A DNA stretch of 64,000 nt from a virus (Duplodnaviria > Heunggongvirae > Uroviricota > Caudoviricetes), in IMG/VR virus record IMGVR_UViG_2576861193_000004, positions 1-64,000 of that record; one strand, 5' to 3'. Positions 46,701 to 55,221 of the stretch are shown piece after piece; within the stretch, counting starts at the first letter, position 1; each line of letters begins with the position of its first letter. The translations under genes and the position numbers were made by a program. The notes below the pieces were generated by a model, which searched no databases, had not been told where the DNA came from, and saw only the letters and a list, made by a program, of their open reading frames with translations.

Positions 46701-48296
46701 TCGCATCAGTTTGAACGCAACCATCGCGGCCACGACCTTACCGAGATTAATTACCAGCTCTTGGTTCTTTGCTAACCATTGAGCAAGCTGACGCAACCCA
46801 TCGATTGCCGTCGTTAACCCCGAACCTAAAGAATTGGCAAACGAAATCCCTTCGGCGCTATTCATGATTGAAGCCAGTTCTTTCATCCCCTTCGATAGAG
46901 AATCCAGATATCCGGCCTGACCAACCCGATCAGCAAATAACGTGAATGACGTCTGAAGTTGCGCCAGCGCACCTGTGTAGGTTTGCATCATGTCTTTCGC
47001 TGCGTTCTCATTCTCCGCACGCAGACCAACAAACATCAGAGACAACGCCTGTTTTGCCTCAACCGTACCGCTGGCAACGGCTTTAGTCAGTTCCCCCATA
47101 GTGATGCCTGCGGCGTCTGCCATTGCCTGCATCGCGTTAGGAACGGCTTCACCTAATTGCTGACGTAGCTCTTCCATTGACACAACGCCCTTACCGGACA
47201 TCTGCTGAACGGCCACAGCCGCACGTTTCAACAGCTCACTATCACCACCAAAACGAGCAACGGAGTCCACCAGCGCCTTCAGAGAACCATCGGTTGGATC
47301 TAAGCCAGCAGAACGAAACTTCACGAAGGAGTCTGTTAACGCCTGCATCGCGAACGGCGCATTTTGAGCCATGTCTACGATGTACTTCATATCATCAGCG
47401 GCAGCCTGGCCCGGGTTGGACTTCTCCTTATTCAACCCTCGAAGCATCACCCGCATACGTTCCATTTCGGCCGCAGCTTCAACAATAGGCTTCTGCCACC
47501 CAAACATGATGTCAGTAACCGTTCTGGCTGCATCTCCGATCTCGCCAAGCAGGAAAATGTTGCCACGAAGGCCAGAGAACATACCTCCTTCGTTACTTTT
47601 ACCGCTATGGCCAGAAGCGCCGCTACGCCGCCCGCTACCACCATCGCCACTTCCAGATGTACGAACGCGTACCGGCTTGCTAATCAGTTGCTGACGTCCG
47701 ATAACTTCGTCCATCTGCTCACGAACCTTTTTCAGTCCCTCGGCAGCCTGACTCGTTGTGACACCCCAATTACTGAGTCGCTTCGTCGTGGTATTAAGGC
47801 GCGTATTCATGCCACTCACGGACGCAGAGGCTTCTTTGACCTCCGTACCAAAGCGGCTTGCGCTTTTGCTTGCATAGGTCGCCCAATCAGAGAAATCATT
47901 TAGCTCTGATTGCACTTTACGTAATGACGCGGTGAGTTTATCTACTGAAGAAGTTGTCGTATCGACGCGCTCAATCAGGGCTTTAAGACCAGAATTGAGG
48001 CTGGTGATGTTGCCACGCATTTTACGCGTAGCATCTGAAGCAAGCTCAAAACCGGCAGCTACATCCTGTAGTTTATCTGCCGTAGAATCGAGCTTGCTTT
48101 CCAGAACGCCAATGATACGGGCGACCGAACCCAAAGAGCGTTCAAAGGTTTGGATTTTTTGAGCAGGCTTTGTTACCTGCTCACCAAATCGAGTAAGCAG
48201 TTTCCCCGCACGATCGATTGACGCTGTAAACTGTTTGTCTTCCAGCGACAGGATAAACTCTACGTTTTGTGACATTCCCTTGTCATCCTCTGCCAA
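43716..48296 (-). CDS. tail tape measure protein
   Basis: 1526 aa, long helical regions, internal hydrophobic segments and Gly/Ala-rich stretches; directly downstream of the G/T chaperone genes. Confidence 0.85.
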   Translation of the reverse strand: MAEDDKGMSQNVEFILSLEDKQFTASIDRAGKLLTRFGEQVTKPAQKIQTFERSLGSVARIIGVLESKLDSTADKLQDVAAGFELASDATRKMRGNITSLNSGLKALIERVDTTTSSVDKLTASLRKVQSELNDFSDWATYASKSASRFGTEVKEASASVSGMNTRLNTTTKRLSNWGVTTSQAAEGLKKVREQMDEVIGRQQLISKPVRVRTSGSGDGGSGRRSGASGHSGKSNEGGMFSGLRGNIFLLGEIGDAARTVTDIMFGWQKPIVEAAAEMERMRVMLRGLNKEKSNPGQAAADDMKYIVDMAQNAPFAMQALTDSFVKFRSAGLDPTDGSLKALVDSVARFGGDSELLKRAAVAVQQMSGKGVVSMEELRQQLGEAVPNAMQAMADAAGITMGELTKAVASGTVEAKQALSLMFVGLRAENENAAKDMMQTYTGALAQLQTSFTLFADRVGQAGYLDSLSKGMKELASIMNSAEGISFANSLGSGLTTAIDGLRQLAQWLAKNQELVINLGKVVAAMVAFKLMRAGIMGVVGAGSQMVSTFATMATAIQTPFNLGATAVTRFNRAARMGLAPIPSLIFAIRGAITGLKGAFAGLTAFIAANPIGAAFTVATVAVAGLITYMTMLRSETSKVVDEIRKIPEAMTAAKRAQMAEYKARLEQQITQKEQELKSGEKVVYGPGMAGTTVKINQDERKRIENELNDLRKKRDKTTGAIERGDIAVAKRLAKDAAESQIEKIREENRDFAATFAKARQEALEKIQKINDDDSLSDDEKNKLLAPLRETVNKSYLEPAQKLVDSLSSRKNAVEGQIATLNDQLEKAKKEGNTEQIKKLQGSIRGYQENLEVVAQELTQAEFERDNAAKTGKGVMSNQGTVLGLGTTDKAAQKALAQYMRNQMDSATYQRTLPDGTPMMDFEGKPIIGPKQLKTQLNLQKASSASSLEKMSDEERAAAIAALTKAREQDAAAAEKAAQRSANASQRAAKKEQAAQQKLAAGYQKALDKADQLMGQMGESSKATVSFDQSLRDTTKSLTDLANAVPNEFITQEMIDKAKKRLEDLKNATPEYREMFNRRNVEQMISTWAPESDSIISAGYTPSREEKVADFEDTYNRNLKALIELRDKASDPKVVALYTKKINQLIAAGNTALIKETGTATQKLALEYENLAEQIESTWTDLFSGLTDVLTDFVINGKMSFSSLSQSILKDITNMVVKSQITLPLMNMLGMGTTAAGSLQSGNLLTGVASAVANQGVRMGNTVNGDKSVGEATKETSSSVTGLGQTTQQTTSAIGTATNAIGSWVSGLFDSTEAKDAETKAVKDSIFSMQNLSSVTGALSAAFAMLGANASGSGNKWLSFGATVASGLVSAWAGGGFDSVTSSSAKTATSSVADGTKGIPAIPKFANGGIFGKDGVIPLRAYQKGGIANSPQLALFGEGSMNEAYVPLPDGRTIPVTLSTDGMSGGGNVLSPVSIEINVHSDGSTTESGDTESIWNNAAQRMKAIALETIAQEKRPGGSLNPNTQRN

Positions 48297-48665
48297 ATAT
48301 TTGCATCAGTTGCTCTTTGGCGTCAGGGTCTGCCTTATCCTGGCTTGGATCGTAGACTTTATCTGTTACGACTGGTCTTCCAATCCTGAGTTGCAAACCC
48401 TCCATGAACGCCTTCACAGCCTCGCCATCCGCCTGGGACGCACGAGCGACTTGTAAGTTGCGGACATCCTCTTCCGCACGCAGACGGTCTATATTGCGAC
48501 TGAGCATCCAGAACATCGTGAGAGGAACGTTCAGTAGCTCTAATGGCGACACGGCGTAGTGAGCAACTACACGACTGAAATAGAATCCGAGATCTATTGA
48601 GACGGTCCTTGTCCCGGATTCATCGCGGGAAATTACTTTGCCCCTTCGCCAGCCGCTTTTTCGTT
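48283..48665 (-). CDS. tail assembly chaperone T-frame segment (expressed as G-T fusion by -1 frameshift, putative)
   Basis: Open frame overlapping the last 12 codons of the G-like gene in the -1 frame and continuing to 48283; synteny with lambda G/T. Confidence 0.55.
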
Positions 48666-48950
48666 TTCTTCATCAATCACTTCCATAGCGAAGGTGAAGA
48701 TCTGCTGGAGTTGCGGAACAGTCAGTTTTTCAAGAACTTCGTCAGGTACTGAAGGGATAACCTTACGAACCAGATCTGCATAAGCTGTCACTTGCTCAAC
48801 AGGAGACATGTTCTTGAGATCTTTGCCTTCCATCTGCTTGATGGAAACAAAGAGGCCGACGGTCATTTCAACGATGGGATATTCTTTGCCACCAAATTTG
48901 ATGCTTTTTTTCGGCGGCAGAATGGAGTCGAGATCGAGTAATTTGGTCAT
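48633..48950 (-). CDS. tail assembly chaperone (lambda gpG-like)
   Basis: 105 aa acidic protein immediately downstream of the major tail gene, followed by the overlapping T-frame. Confidence 0.75.
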   Translation of the reverse strand: MTKLLDLDSILPPKKSIKFGGKEYPIVEMTVGLFVSIKQMEGKDLKNMSPVEQVTAYADLVRKVIPSVPDEVLEKLTVPQLQQIFTFAMEVIDEENEKAAGEGAK

Positions 48951-48960
48951 GGTTTAAATC

Positions 48961-48997
48961 CTTTTAAACTCATACAGAGGCCCATCCATGGGCCTCT
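48961..48997 (-). terminator. hairpin (attenuator/terminator candidate) between major tail and chaperone genes
   Basis: Perfect 10-bp stem agaggcccat / atgggcctct; weakly U-rich tail on the minus strand. Confidence 0.4.
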
Positions 48998-49011
48998 TGG
49001 GTTATCACAAT

Positions 49012-49758
49012 TTAGCTTGCGGCAGTTACAGAGACGGCTTTGGTCGCCTTCTTGGCACCGTCATTAGTTGTGAAGGTGATATTGGCTGAACCGACAGCTT
49101 TACCAGTTACCAGTCCGTTCTGATCTACGGTCGCTTTATCAGTCGCATCAGAGCTCCACACGCCAGTCTTATTGGTTGCATCGGCCGGGGTGAAGGTTGC
49201 GCTCAATTGAACTTTAGTGCCCACTTTTACGGTCGGTGAAGACGGGGTCAGCGTGACGCTCTCAACCGGCTTTGGGAGGCTCATTTTCCCCAACACGCCA
49301 GCGTCGTCCGGGTAAGCGGAAAACTCAACTGAGAACACGCGAACGTCGTCAGACTGGTAGGTCATGGTGAAGTTACCCGCGGTTGCTGCTTTAGGGATGG
49401 TCAGAACATAATCCGTCGCATCCTGCGGGGTCAGCACCAACTCTTTCGCAACGTCGATCAGGTTCACTCCCTGCGCAGACGTGATGGTTACGGTATCTTC
49501 GCCAGAACTCAGCGTGGAACCTGGCATCAGATCGACCATGTTTTTCAACACGGATTCAGCCAGCGGCGCAGTAATGGTGATGTTGCGGCCCTGGATCAGC
49601 TCGGAGATCGTGGTCTGGCCCAGCTGGTCTACGGTCACTTTCAGCGTTTCGGTTGCGATTTCAACCTGAACACCACCTTTGGTGTAACCCAAATCCACAC
49701 CACCAAACGACACCTTACAGGCACCAAGTTTGATGTTTTTTACATGGGTATTAGACAT
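49012..49758 (-). CDS. major tail protein (lambda gpV-like) with C-terminal Ig-like (Big_2) domain
   Basis: Start at ATG 49758 with AAGGAG Shine-Dalgarno 9 nt upstream; C-terminal region shows the Big_2-type pattern (TVKVGTKVQLSATFTPADATNKTGVWSS...). Confidence 0.85.
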   Translation of the reverse strand: MSNTHVKNIKLGACKVSFGGVDLGYTKGGVQVEIATETLKVTVDQLGQTTISELIQGRNITITAPLAESVLKNMVDLMPGSTLSSGEDTVTITSAQGVNLIDVAKELVLTPQDATDYVLTIPKAATAGNFTMTYQSDDVRVFSVEFSAYPDDAGVLGKMSLPKPVESVTLTPSSPTVKVGTKVQLSATFTPADATNKTGVWSSDATDKATVDQNGLVTGKAVGSANITFTTNDGAKKATKAVSVTAAS

Positions 49759-49832
49759 TGATGGAAAACTCCTTTTTCCGTTAATTCTACGCATTCATTG
49801 CGCTAATAGTAAGTATATACTTACCAATTGAG

Positions 49833-50216
49833 TTAATTCAATAAATAGCCAGCAAATTCAACAGGAATGCCTGCTTCTATTAATGCCCCATCATTTTTGG
49901 GATAAATGATTGGCATCGCCATCGGTCGTACAAGTCGAAAATACACACCACCAGATTCCGTTTCCTCTACTGGAAACATCTCAATGATTTTATTGGCTTT
50001 CTCAACCGTCGTAGTAATTGACGAACCACGCACAATGATTGTGAATGATTCGTGATAAAAGCCCTGTAGCTCATGATCGATGCTGATGCCGGTATTTGGA
50101 TTAATAAGCAGGACGCCAGATTTCACATTGGCAGGCAAGTAGTGACAGAAAATGTCAGTCCCGACCGTGCCAATCTTTGCCTTCTGCATCAAACTTGCAA
50201 ACGCTTCAATAAACAC
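49833..50216 (-). CDS. tail terminator candidate (gpU-like by position)
   Basis: Start placed at GTG 50216 (GAGAGG Shine-Dalgarno) because the track start overlaps the upstream gene; about 128 aa. Confidence 0.4.
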   Translation of the reverse strand: MFIEAFASLMQKAKIGTVGTDIFCHYLPANVKSGVLLINPNTGISIDHELQGFYHESFTIIVRGSSITTTVEKANKIIEMFPVEETESGGVYFRLVRPMAMPIIYPKNDGALIEAGIPVEFAGYLLN

Positions 50217-50217
50217 A

Positions 50218-50691
50218 TTAACCTCTCGTAAATCCGGCTTTTCTGGCAGCCTCAAGAATCGCTTCTGAGAACTGCTTCTCGCTAATTTCCACCGCTCTTT
50301 CCAGAAAGTGTGGCCCAACACGGGGTTTAACACCGGCAATTGGTGGGTTTGTCACGTTCTTCATTCGAGAAAGATAACCGAGTCGGTATTTACCCAGCTC
50401 CATGTACTTAGCATAGTCACCTACTTCTACACCCGGATGCCCCTGACGTGGTTTTGCTCCAGACACAGAAAGCTCAATGCGCAGCCCTGAATAACCTTCT
50501 TTAATCACCCTGGCAAAGATAGCTGTCTCCAGAGATCCGGTTTCCAGCGGGGCCATTGCACGGCTGAGGCGCTCAACCAAACGCGCCAGCTTTTCCATGT
50601 CCCGAATAAGATATCGCTTAAATGCTTTCTGGCTGTTATTGAGTCTATTCCCCGCACGTTTGAACTGATGCGCATCGTATTTCAGACCCAT
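50218..50691 (-). CDS. head-tail joining / tail completion protein candidate (gpZ-like by position)
   Basis: 157-aa ORF in the neck gene block; assignment by synteny only. Confidence 0.4.
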   Translation of the reverse strand: MGLKYDAHQFKRAGNRLNNSQKAFKRYLIRDMEKLARLVERLSRAMAPLETGSLETAIFARVIKEGYSGLRIELSVSGAKPRQGHPGVEVGDYAKYMELGKYRLGYLSRMKNVTNPPIAGVKPRVGPHFLERAVEISEKQFSEAILEAARKAGFTRG

Positions 50692-51026
50692 ATATTCGCC
50701 CCTACTTCAAGATGCCCAGGTCTTCCTCGTAGCCCCCAGCGGCGATGAACACTGGACACCTTTAATTTTTGACCTTCAAGGATCAGTACATCATCAAGTT
50801 GTACAGCCGCTTCTAAAGGGACAACTAACACAGCATCAAACAGCTCCAGACTCGCCTTACCACGACTACCAGAGCTATCAGCACGAACTGACGATTTCTC
50901 ATTACTCTGTTCGAACTTAACCACGCCGACATTCGTCTTCCTGACGAATTGTAATTGCGCCTCACCGTAAACGTTCTTTGCGCCAAAGCGGTAGATCGCA
51001 ATTTCTGTTTGCCATGAAATATTCAT
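50682..51026 (-). CDS. head-tail adaptor candidate (gpFII-like by position)
   Basis: Start at ATG 51026 with GGGAGAGAG Shine-Dalgarno; about 114 aa. Confidence 0.4.
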   Translation of the reverse strand: MNISWQTEIAIYRFGAKNVYGEAQLQFVRKTNVGVVKFEQSNEKSSVRADSSGSRGKASLELFDAVLVVPLEAAVQLDDVLILEGQKLKVSSVHRRWGLRGRPGHLEVGANIWV

Positions 51027-51105
51027 GCTCTCTCCCTGTTGTTGTCGGTCGCTCTCATTACTGGCCAAAAACCCTTTAGACCAAAAGTAAATAATGCGAC
51101 TGGCG

Positions 51106-51939
51106 TTACGCACGGCGAACAATCATACGGTTGTTGATGTAACTGACCAGCAAGCGCCAGGTGCTACGAGCCACATGCACGTTTGCAGCTTTACCGGTAC
51201 GGTACATGTTGGTTGTTTCACCGATGGACTCTGACAAAATGCCATCCTCTCGTGCTGCGGCTACATCATTGCCATTTGCGATCTCACACGCTTCGTTGAC
51301 AACGGCAAGCATCAACGCTTCTTTGAAGTAGTCAGGGAACTCTTCAAACTTCTCCTGCGTCATCTTTTCCCAATCGACTAAATCATGCCGGTACGCTCCA
51401 TCTGCTCCCCACGGAATATCATACACATTCAGCATATTTTGAGGGCGATCGTATCGGTCAAAGTCGATACGTAGAATTTTGCGGATTGAGAACGGTAAAG
51501 TTTTAATTCGTCTGGTAGCCTCAATGAGACGCTTGCGCATTAAGCCTTCACCATCCGACAGCAAAGTGTCCCCATTCAGCATATCGATCGCCTGCATTTG
51601 AGCATCAGCGACAGTTGCAAACGACTGTTCTGGTATCGACAGTTCAAAACTATTCAGCAGAACATACATTTGCCGCTCTTCATGCGTCAGACCCGATGCA
51701 ACAGCCTTCACAATGACGTACCGCAGATCTCGCTCTTTCTCAGAGAGCTGGTTATATTCAGCCGACACGACAACCGGAATCGACATTTGACCGTTGGTAA
51801 TTTCTAGCGGCTCGCCATCAACGAGAATAGCCCCGGTGCTGTCCTTTACTGTGTAGGTGGCAGATTCGATATCCAGCACGTTGAAGGCAAATGAAAGAGA
51901 AACAGCTTCACCGCTACGATACGAGTCGATCTGCGCCAT
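51106..51939 (-). CDS. structural protein of unknown role (head completion / connector candidate)
   Basis: 277-aa ORF between capsid and neck genes; no motif. Confidence 0.4.
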   Translation of the reverse strand: MAQIDSYRSGEAVSLSFAFNVLDIESATYTVKDSTGAILVDGEPLEITNGQMSIPVVVSAEYNQLSEKERDLRYVIVKAVASGLTHEERQMYVLLNSFELSIPEQSFATVADAQMQAIDMLNGDTLLSDGEGLMRKRLIEATRRIKTLPFSIRKILRIDFDRYDRPQNMLNVYDIPWGADGAYRHDLVDWEKMTQEKFEEFPDYFKEALMLAVVNEACEIANGNDVAAAREDGILSESIGETTNMYRTGKAANVHVARSTWRLLVSYINNRMIVRRA

Positions 51940-52373
51940 TACTCACCACCTTGTGCTTTCAGGATGCCGTCAATCATTTCGACAATTCCTTTCGCTTTGA
52001 CACCAACCTGATTACCAATAACTCGTAGACCGGCAATACCTTCGTTGTCTGCAATTGACTCCAGTTCTTCTCGTGTGAAAGTCTGGATCTGTTTGGCCGG
52101 TTCATCTGGTGTCCCACGTTTCATTGGCACAATGTCAGGCGCTGCTGGCTCGGTAATCAGGTCTGCTGTCAATTCACCACGATCACTGTATGCGGCAGAC
52201 GGAGAAACATTTTTGCCCTCTACTGTTGACGCTCGCATTGAAGCACAAATCCTCTGCTGATCGATAAAAGGCAACTCCGCTACGGATACCCCGTTCTCGA
52301 ACTGAACGCCACACAGCATTCCCGAATAACCGGAAAATTGCGGTTCTAATAAAACAATTTTTGCTGGTTTCAT
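51939..52373 (-). CDS. hypothetical structural-module protein
   Basis: 144-aa ORF whose stop overlaps the downstream start. Confidence 0.4.
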   Translation of the reverse strand: MKPAKIVLLEPQFSGYSGMLCGVQFENGVSVAELPFIDQQRICASMRASTVEGKNVSPSAAYSDRGELTADLITEPAAPDIVPMKRGTPDEPAKQIQTFTREELESIADNEGIAGLRVIGNQVGVKAKGIVEMIDGILKAQGGE

Positions 52374-52417
52374 AACGCTTTCTCTCCACTTGGGCGGCGA
52401 AAGCCGCCCAATATCGG

Positions 52418-53338
52418 TTATTCCTGTGCGGCAGTAACTTCTACAGTTGCTGTCGCTTTGTGGCTACCATCTTGGGTAGTAACCTCGATTGTGGCAGTAC
52501 CAGCCGCAACGCCAGTTACAACACCGGTTTCGCTATCCACCGTTGCAAACTCGGTATTTTTGGATTCCCAAGTAACGGTTTTATTTGTGGCTCCTGCCGG
52601 CTCGACATTTGCGGTCAGCTGAACAGTTTTGTTTGCCTCAACGGTTGTGCTATTTGGGTCGATTTCGACGGCGGTAACAGCCACAACAGGCGCAGTTACT
52701 TCCACCGTTGCAGTTGCCTTTTTGCTGCCATCTTGGGAAACGATCTCAATCGTCGCAGTGCCAACTTCTACACCAGTAACGTTCCCGCTCTGGTCTACCG
52801 TTGCCTTATCTTCATTTTTGGAAGACCAGGTAACAGCCTTATTCGTCGCATTTGACGGCTGAACATTCGCTTTCAGACTGACTGATTTCCCTTTCTCAAC
52901 AGACGTTGATTCTGGCGTTACCGTTACGGATTGAACGGCTACCGGATTTACGGTGACTTCCACTGAAGCGGAAAGCTGGGTTTCCTGATCAGTTGCAGTA
53001 ATTTTTACTTTGCCTGGTGCTACGCCAGTTACTAATCCAGTGCCGTTAACGGTTGCAATTTGGTCATTTGCTGACTTCCAGGTGAATGAACTGGCACTCT
53101 TACCCATACTAATACCTGCACTAAGTTGAACAGTTTTCCCAACCAAAACTGACGGTGAAGCCGGGGTTATGTTTACGGATTGGGAGAGGGGAACCGCCTG
53201 CAAACAAGCAGATAGCTGACTTTGTTGCCGCTCGGTTAAAGGTTCATCGGAGATAGAATTGGTAAATCCGGCACGGCACATATGCCCCGTAAAATCCGAA
53301 AATGCCTCTTCCGTAATCTTCATCTTTTGTTCTGGCAT
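52418..53338 (-). CDS. capsid decoration candidate with three Ig-like (Big_2) repeats
   Basis: Three tandem about 80-aa units with the pattern V..V.V.P......G..V.L.A.V.P..ATNK.VTW.S......ATVD..G.VTGV..G.A.I. Confidence 0.65.
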   Translation of the reverse strand: MPEQKMKITEEAFSDFTGHMCRAGFTNSISDEPLTERQQSQLSACLQAVPLSQSVNITPASPSVLVGKTVQLSAGISMGKSASSFTWKSANDQIATVNGTGLVTGVAPGKVKITATDQETQLSASVEVTVNPVAVQSVTVTPESTSVEKGKSVSLKANVQPSNATNKAVTWSSKNEDKATVDQSGNVTGVEVGTATIEIVSQDGSKKATATVEVTAPVVAVTAVEIDPNSTTVEANKTVQLTANVEPAGATNKTVTWESKNTEFATVDSETGVVTGVAAGTATIEVTTQDGSHKATATVEVTAAQE

Positions 53339-53349
53339 TTCTCGCTCCT

Positions 53350-53380
53350 ACAAAAAGGGTGGGCGTATAGCCCACCCTTT
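53350..53380 (-). terminator. rho-independent terminator after the major capsid gene
   Basis: GC-rich stem gggtgggc / gcccaccc followed on the minus strand by TTTTT; the next gene's AGGAG Shine-Dalgarno follows immediately. Confidence 0.6.
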
Positions 53381-53411
53381 AACATAGATAACTACTTATC
53401 TACTACACTGA

Positions 53412-54287
53412 TTAAATTTTTACATTGGTCAGTGCAGCGATAGCCTTATCGTGCTTATTCGCCAGAGAGCAGTACCACTTCACACGGGTACGTACTGCGT
53501 CTTTGTTCTGTACAGTACCAATGTTTTCAACAACGATACCTGCGTTGTCGCCGCCATACAGACCAGTAACGCCGTTCTCTTCTGACAGATGCAGGCAGTA
53601 GATGCTTGCTTTGCCAGAATCGGTCGGGATGAAGTCGTTGATGATGAACGGAACGCCGTTATGACACAGCATCGGACGACCGAAGTTCTCCATCATGATT
53701 TCAGACGGACCTACGTTTACTGTACGCAGCAGCGCACGGTAAGCACGCAGGTGCTCTGAACGCATCATGATGCAGTCAGCACCAAGATCTTTCACCGCAT
53801 CGACCAGTTCGTCGAACATAGAGAAAGTCATAGATGCACCGGCGATATCGATCTTCTGATCTGCGTGCATCAGGCGTGGAATGCCGTCAAACGCCTTGTT
53901 GTTGGAGCTGGAGTCACCCAAAATCAGGTTGCGACGGAACGCACGAGCCAGACCTTTAACTTTCTGACGAACCTGAATAGCCAACTGGTTGTTGGTGTCG
54001 GCCATAGTGGTCGCCAGGAATTTATCAACGTCTACGTCACCAGCCAGAATACGCAGTTTCGCAACGCATTCTTCGAAGGTTGCTGCACCTTCAGGGATGG
54101 TGTCGTTAACGTCGATGAAGGTAGCTTCACTCAGCGTTTTTTCACGGTTGTACAGATATGCCTTTGAATTAATTTTCATAAAAGGCAGGATGGCAAACAG
54201 GTCATCGCGATCGATGATAGTTTCGATCACACCCTGTTCAAGTTCGTTGTTAGACAGCTTTTCAGCTTCTTCACGCAGTAATGGCAT
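53412..54287 (-). CDS. major capsid protein (putative)
   Basis: 291 aa; follows the scaffold-like gene and precedes a strong terminator, as is typical for major capsid genes. Fold not verified. Confidence 0.55.
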   Translation of the reverse strand: MPLLREEAEKLSNNELEQGVIETIIDRDDLFAILPFMKINSKAYLYNREKTLSEATFIDVNDTIPEGAATFEECVAKLRILAGDVDVDKFLATTMADTNNQLAIQVRQKVKGLARAFRRNLILGDSSSNNKAFDGIPRLMHADQKIDIAGASMTFSMFDELVDAVKDLGADCIMMRSEHLRAYRALLRTVNVGPSEIMMENFGRPMLCHNGVPFIINDFIPTDSGKASIYCLHLSEENGVTGLYGGDNAGIVVENIGTVQNKDAVRTRVKWYCSLANKHDKAIAALTNVKI

Positions 54288-54312
54288 CTATCAATTCCCT
54301 TTGATTTAGATG

Positions 54313-55200
54313 TTACTTAAGTCCAATTTTCCCCAGACCGGAGGCCAACTTATCCATAGTCGACTTGTTCTTCGGTTGGGATATTGTGTAGGTCGATTTG
54401 GAATGTGAGCCTACACCCTGCTTGGCTTCGCTACGCATCAATGCGTCAGCTTCCGGATCTGCCCGCACAATGCGTTCAATCGCGGATTCAAACGGCAACG
54501 GCTTACCTTCACCGTCAACCAGAACAGCTCGTTCTTTGTGACCTGCCGGTTTGTCATAACCCACTACGCTACCGTCTTCACCCACTTCAAAATGAGAACC
54601 GTAGATCACGCGGGCTTTTGCCGGGGTCATCAGAACTTTGTCACGTAGGAAGAGAGAGTTACTGAAGGAAGCGCCCACGGTCATCTCGACTAATTGAGAT
54701 TTCAGTGATGCGTTTTCACTTTCCAGTGCTGCATAACGTTCGTCACGCTGTGCCAGCTCTGCCTGGTGTGCTTCGATCATCTGTTTTTTAACAGCATCGA
54801 ACTCACCACGACGCTCCAGTTCAGCTTGCTCCGCCTCACGACGTGCGTTTTCTGCGGCCTGTTCAGCTTCTAAAAGCTGGCGAGCACGAGCCGGATCGAT
54901 ATCACCGTACTGAGCAAGCTGATCGGCCAATGTGCGCTCTTTCTCTTTGCGCTTCATGTTCTCCTTCAGCAGTTCAGCACCAGCTTTCTTGGTTTTACGA
55001 AGTTCGGCCAGTAACTCTTCCTGAGTCATGCCAGCGTATTCGTCATCGCCCTTCGGCTGCTCTTTTTGTTCACCCTGTTTGTCAGGATCTTGTGTACTCT
55101 GCTCATTATCAGCAGCTACACCGCCAGCGCCTCCACGCTCATGCGCTTCAGCAACATCCATCAGACCACGACGGGCCAAAAGCATTTGCCACAGATTCAT
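54313..55200 (-). CDS. scaffolding protein (putative)
   Basis: 295 aa, highly charged Glu/Ala/Lys/Arg-rich predicted coiled coil; between portal and capsid genes. Confidence 0.5.
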   Translation of the reverse strand: MNLWQMLLARRGLMDVAEAHERGGAGGVAADNEQSTQDPDKQGEQKEQPKGDDEYAGMTQEELLAELRKTKKAGAELLKENMKRKEKERTLADQLAQYGDIDPARARQLLEAEQAAENARREAEQAELERRGEFDAVKKQMIEAHQAELAQRDERYAALESENASLKSQLVEMTVGASFSNSLFLRDKVLMTPAKARVIYGSHFEVGEDGSVVGYDKPAGHKERAVLVDGEGKPLPFESAIERIVRADPEADALMRSEAKQGVGSHSKSTYTISQPKNKSTMDKLASGLGKIGLK

Positions 55201-55221
55201 AAAAATTCCTTTTGTTACTTA

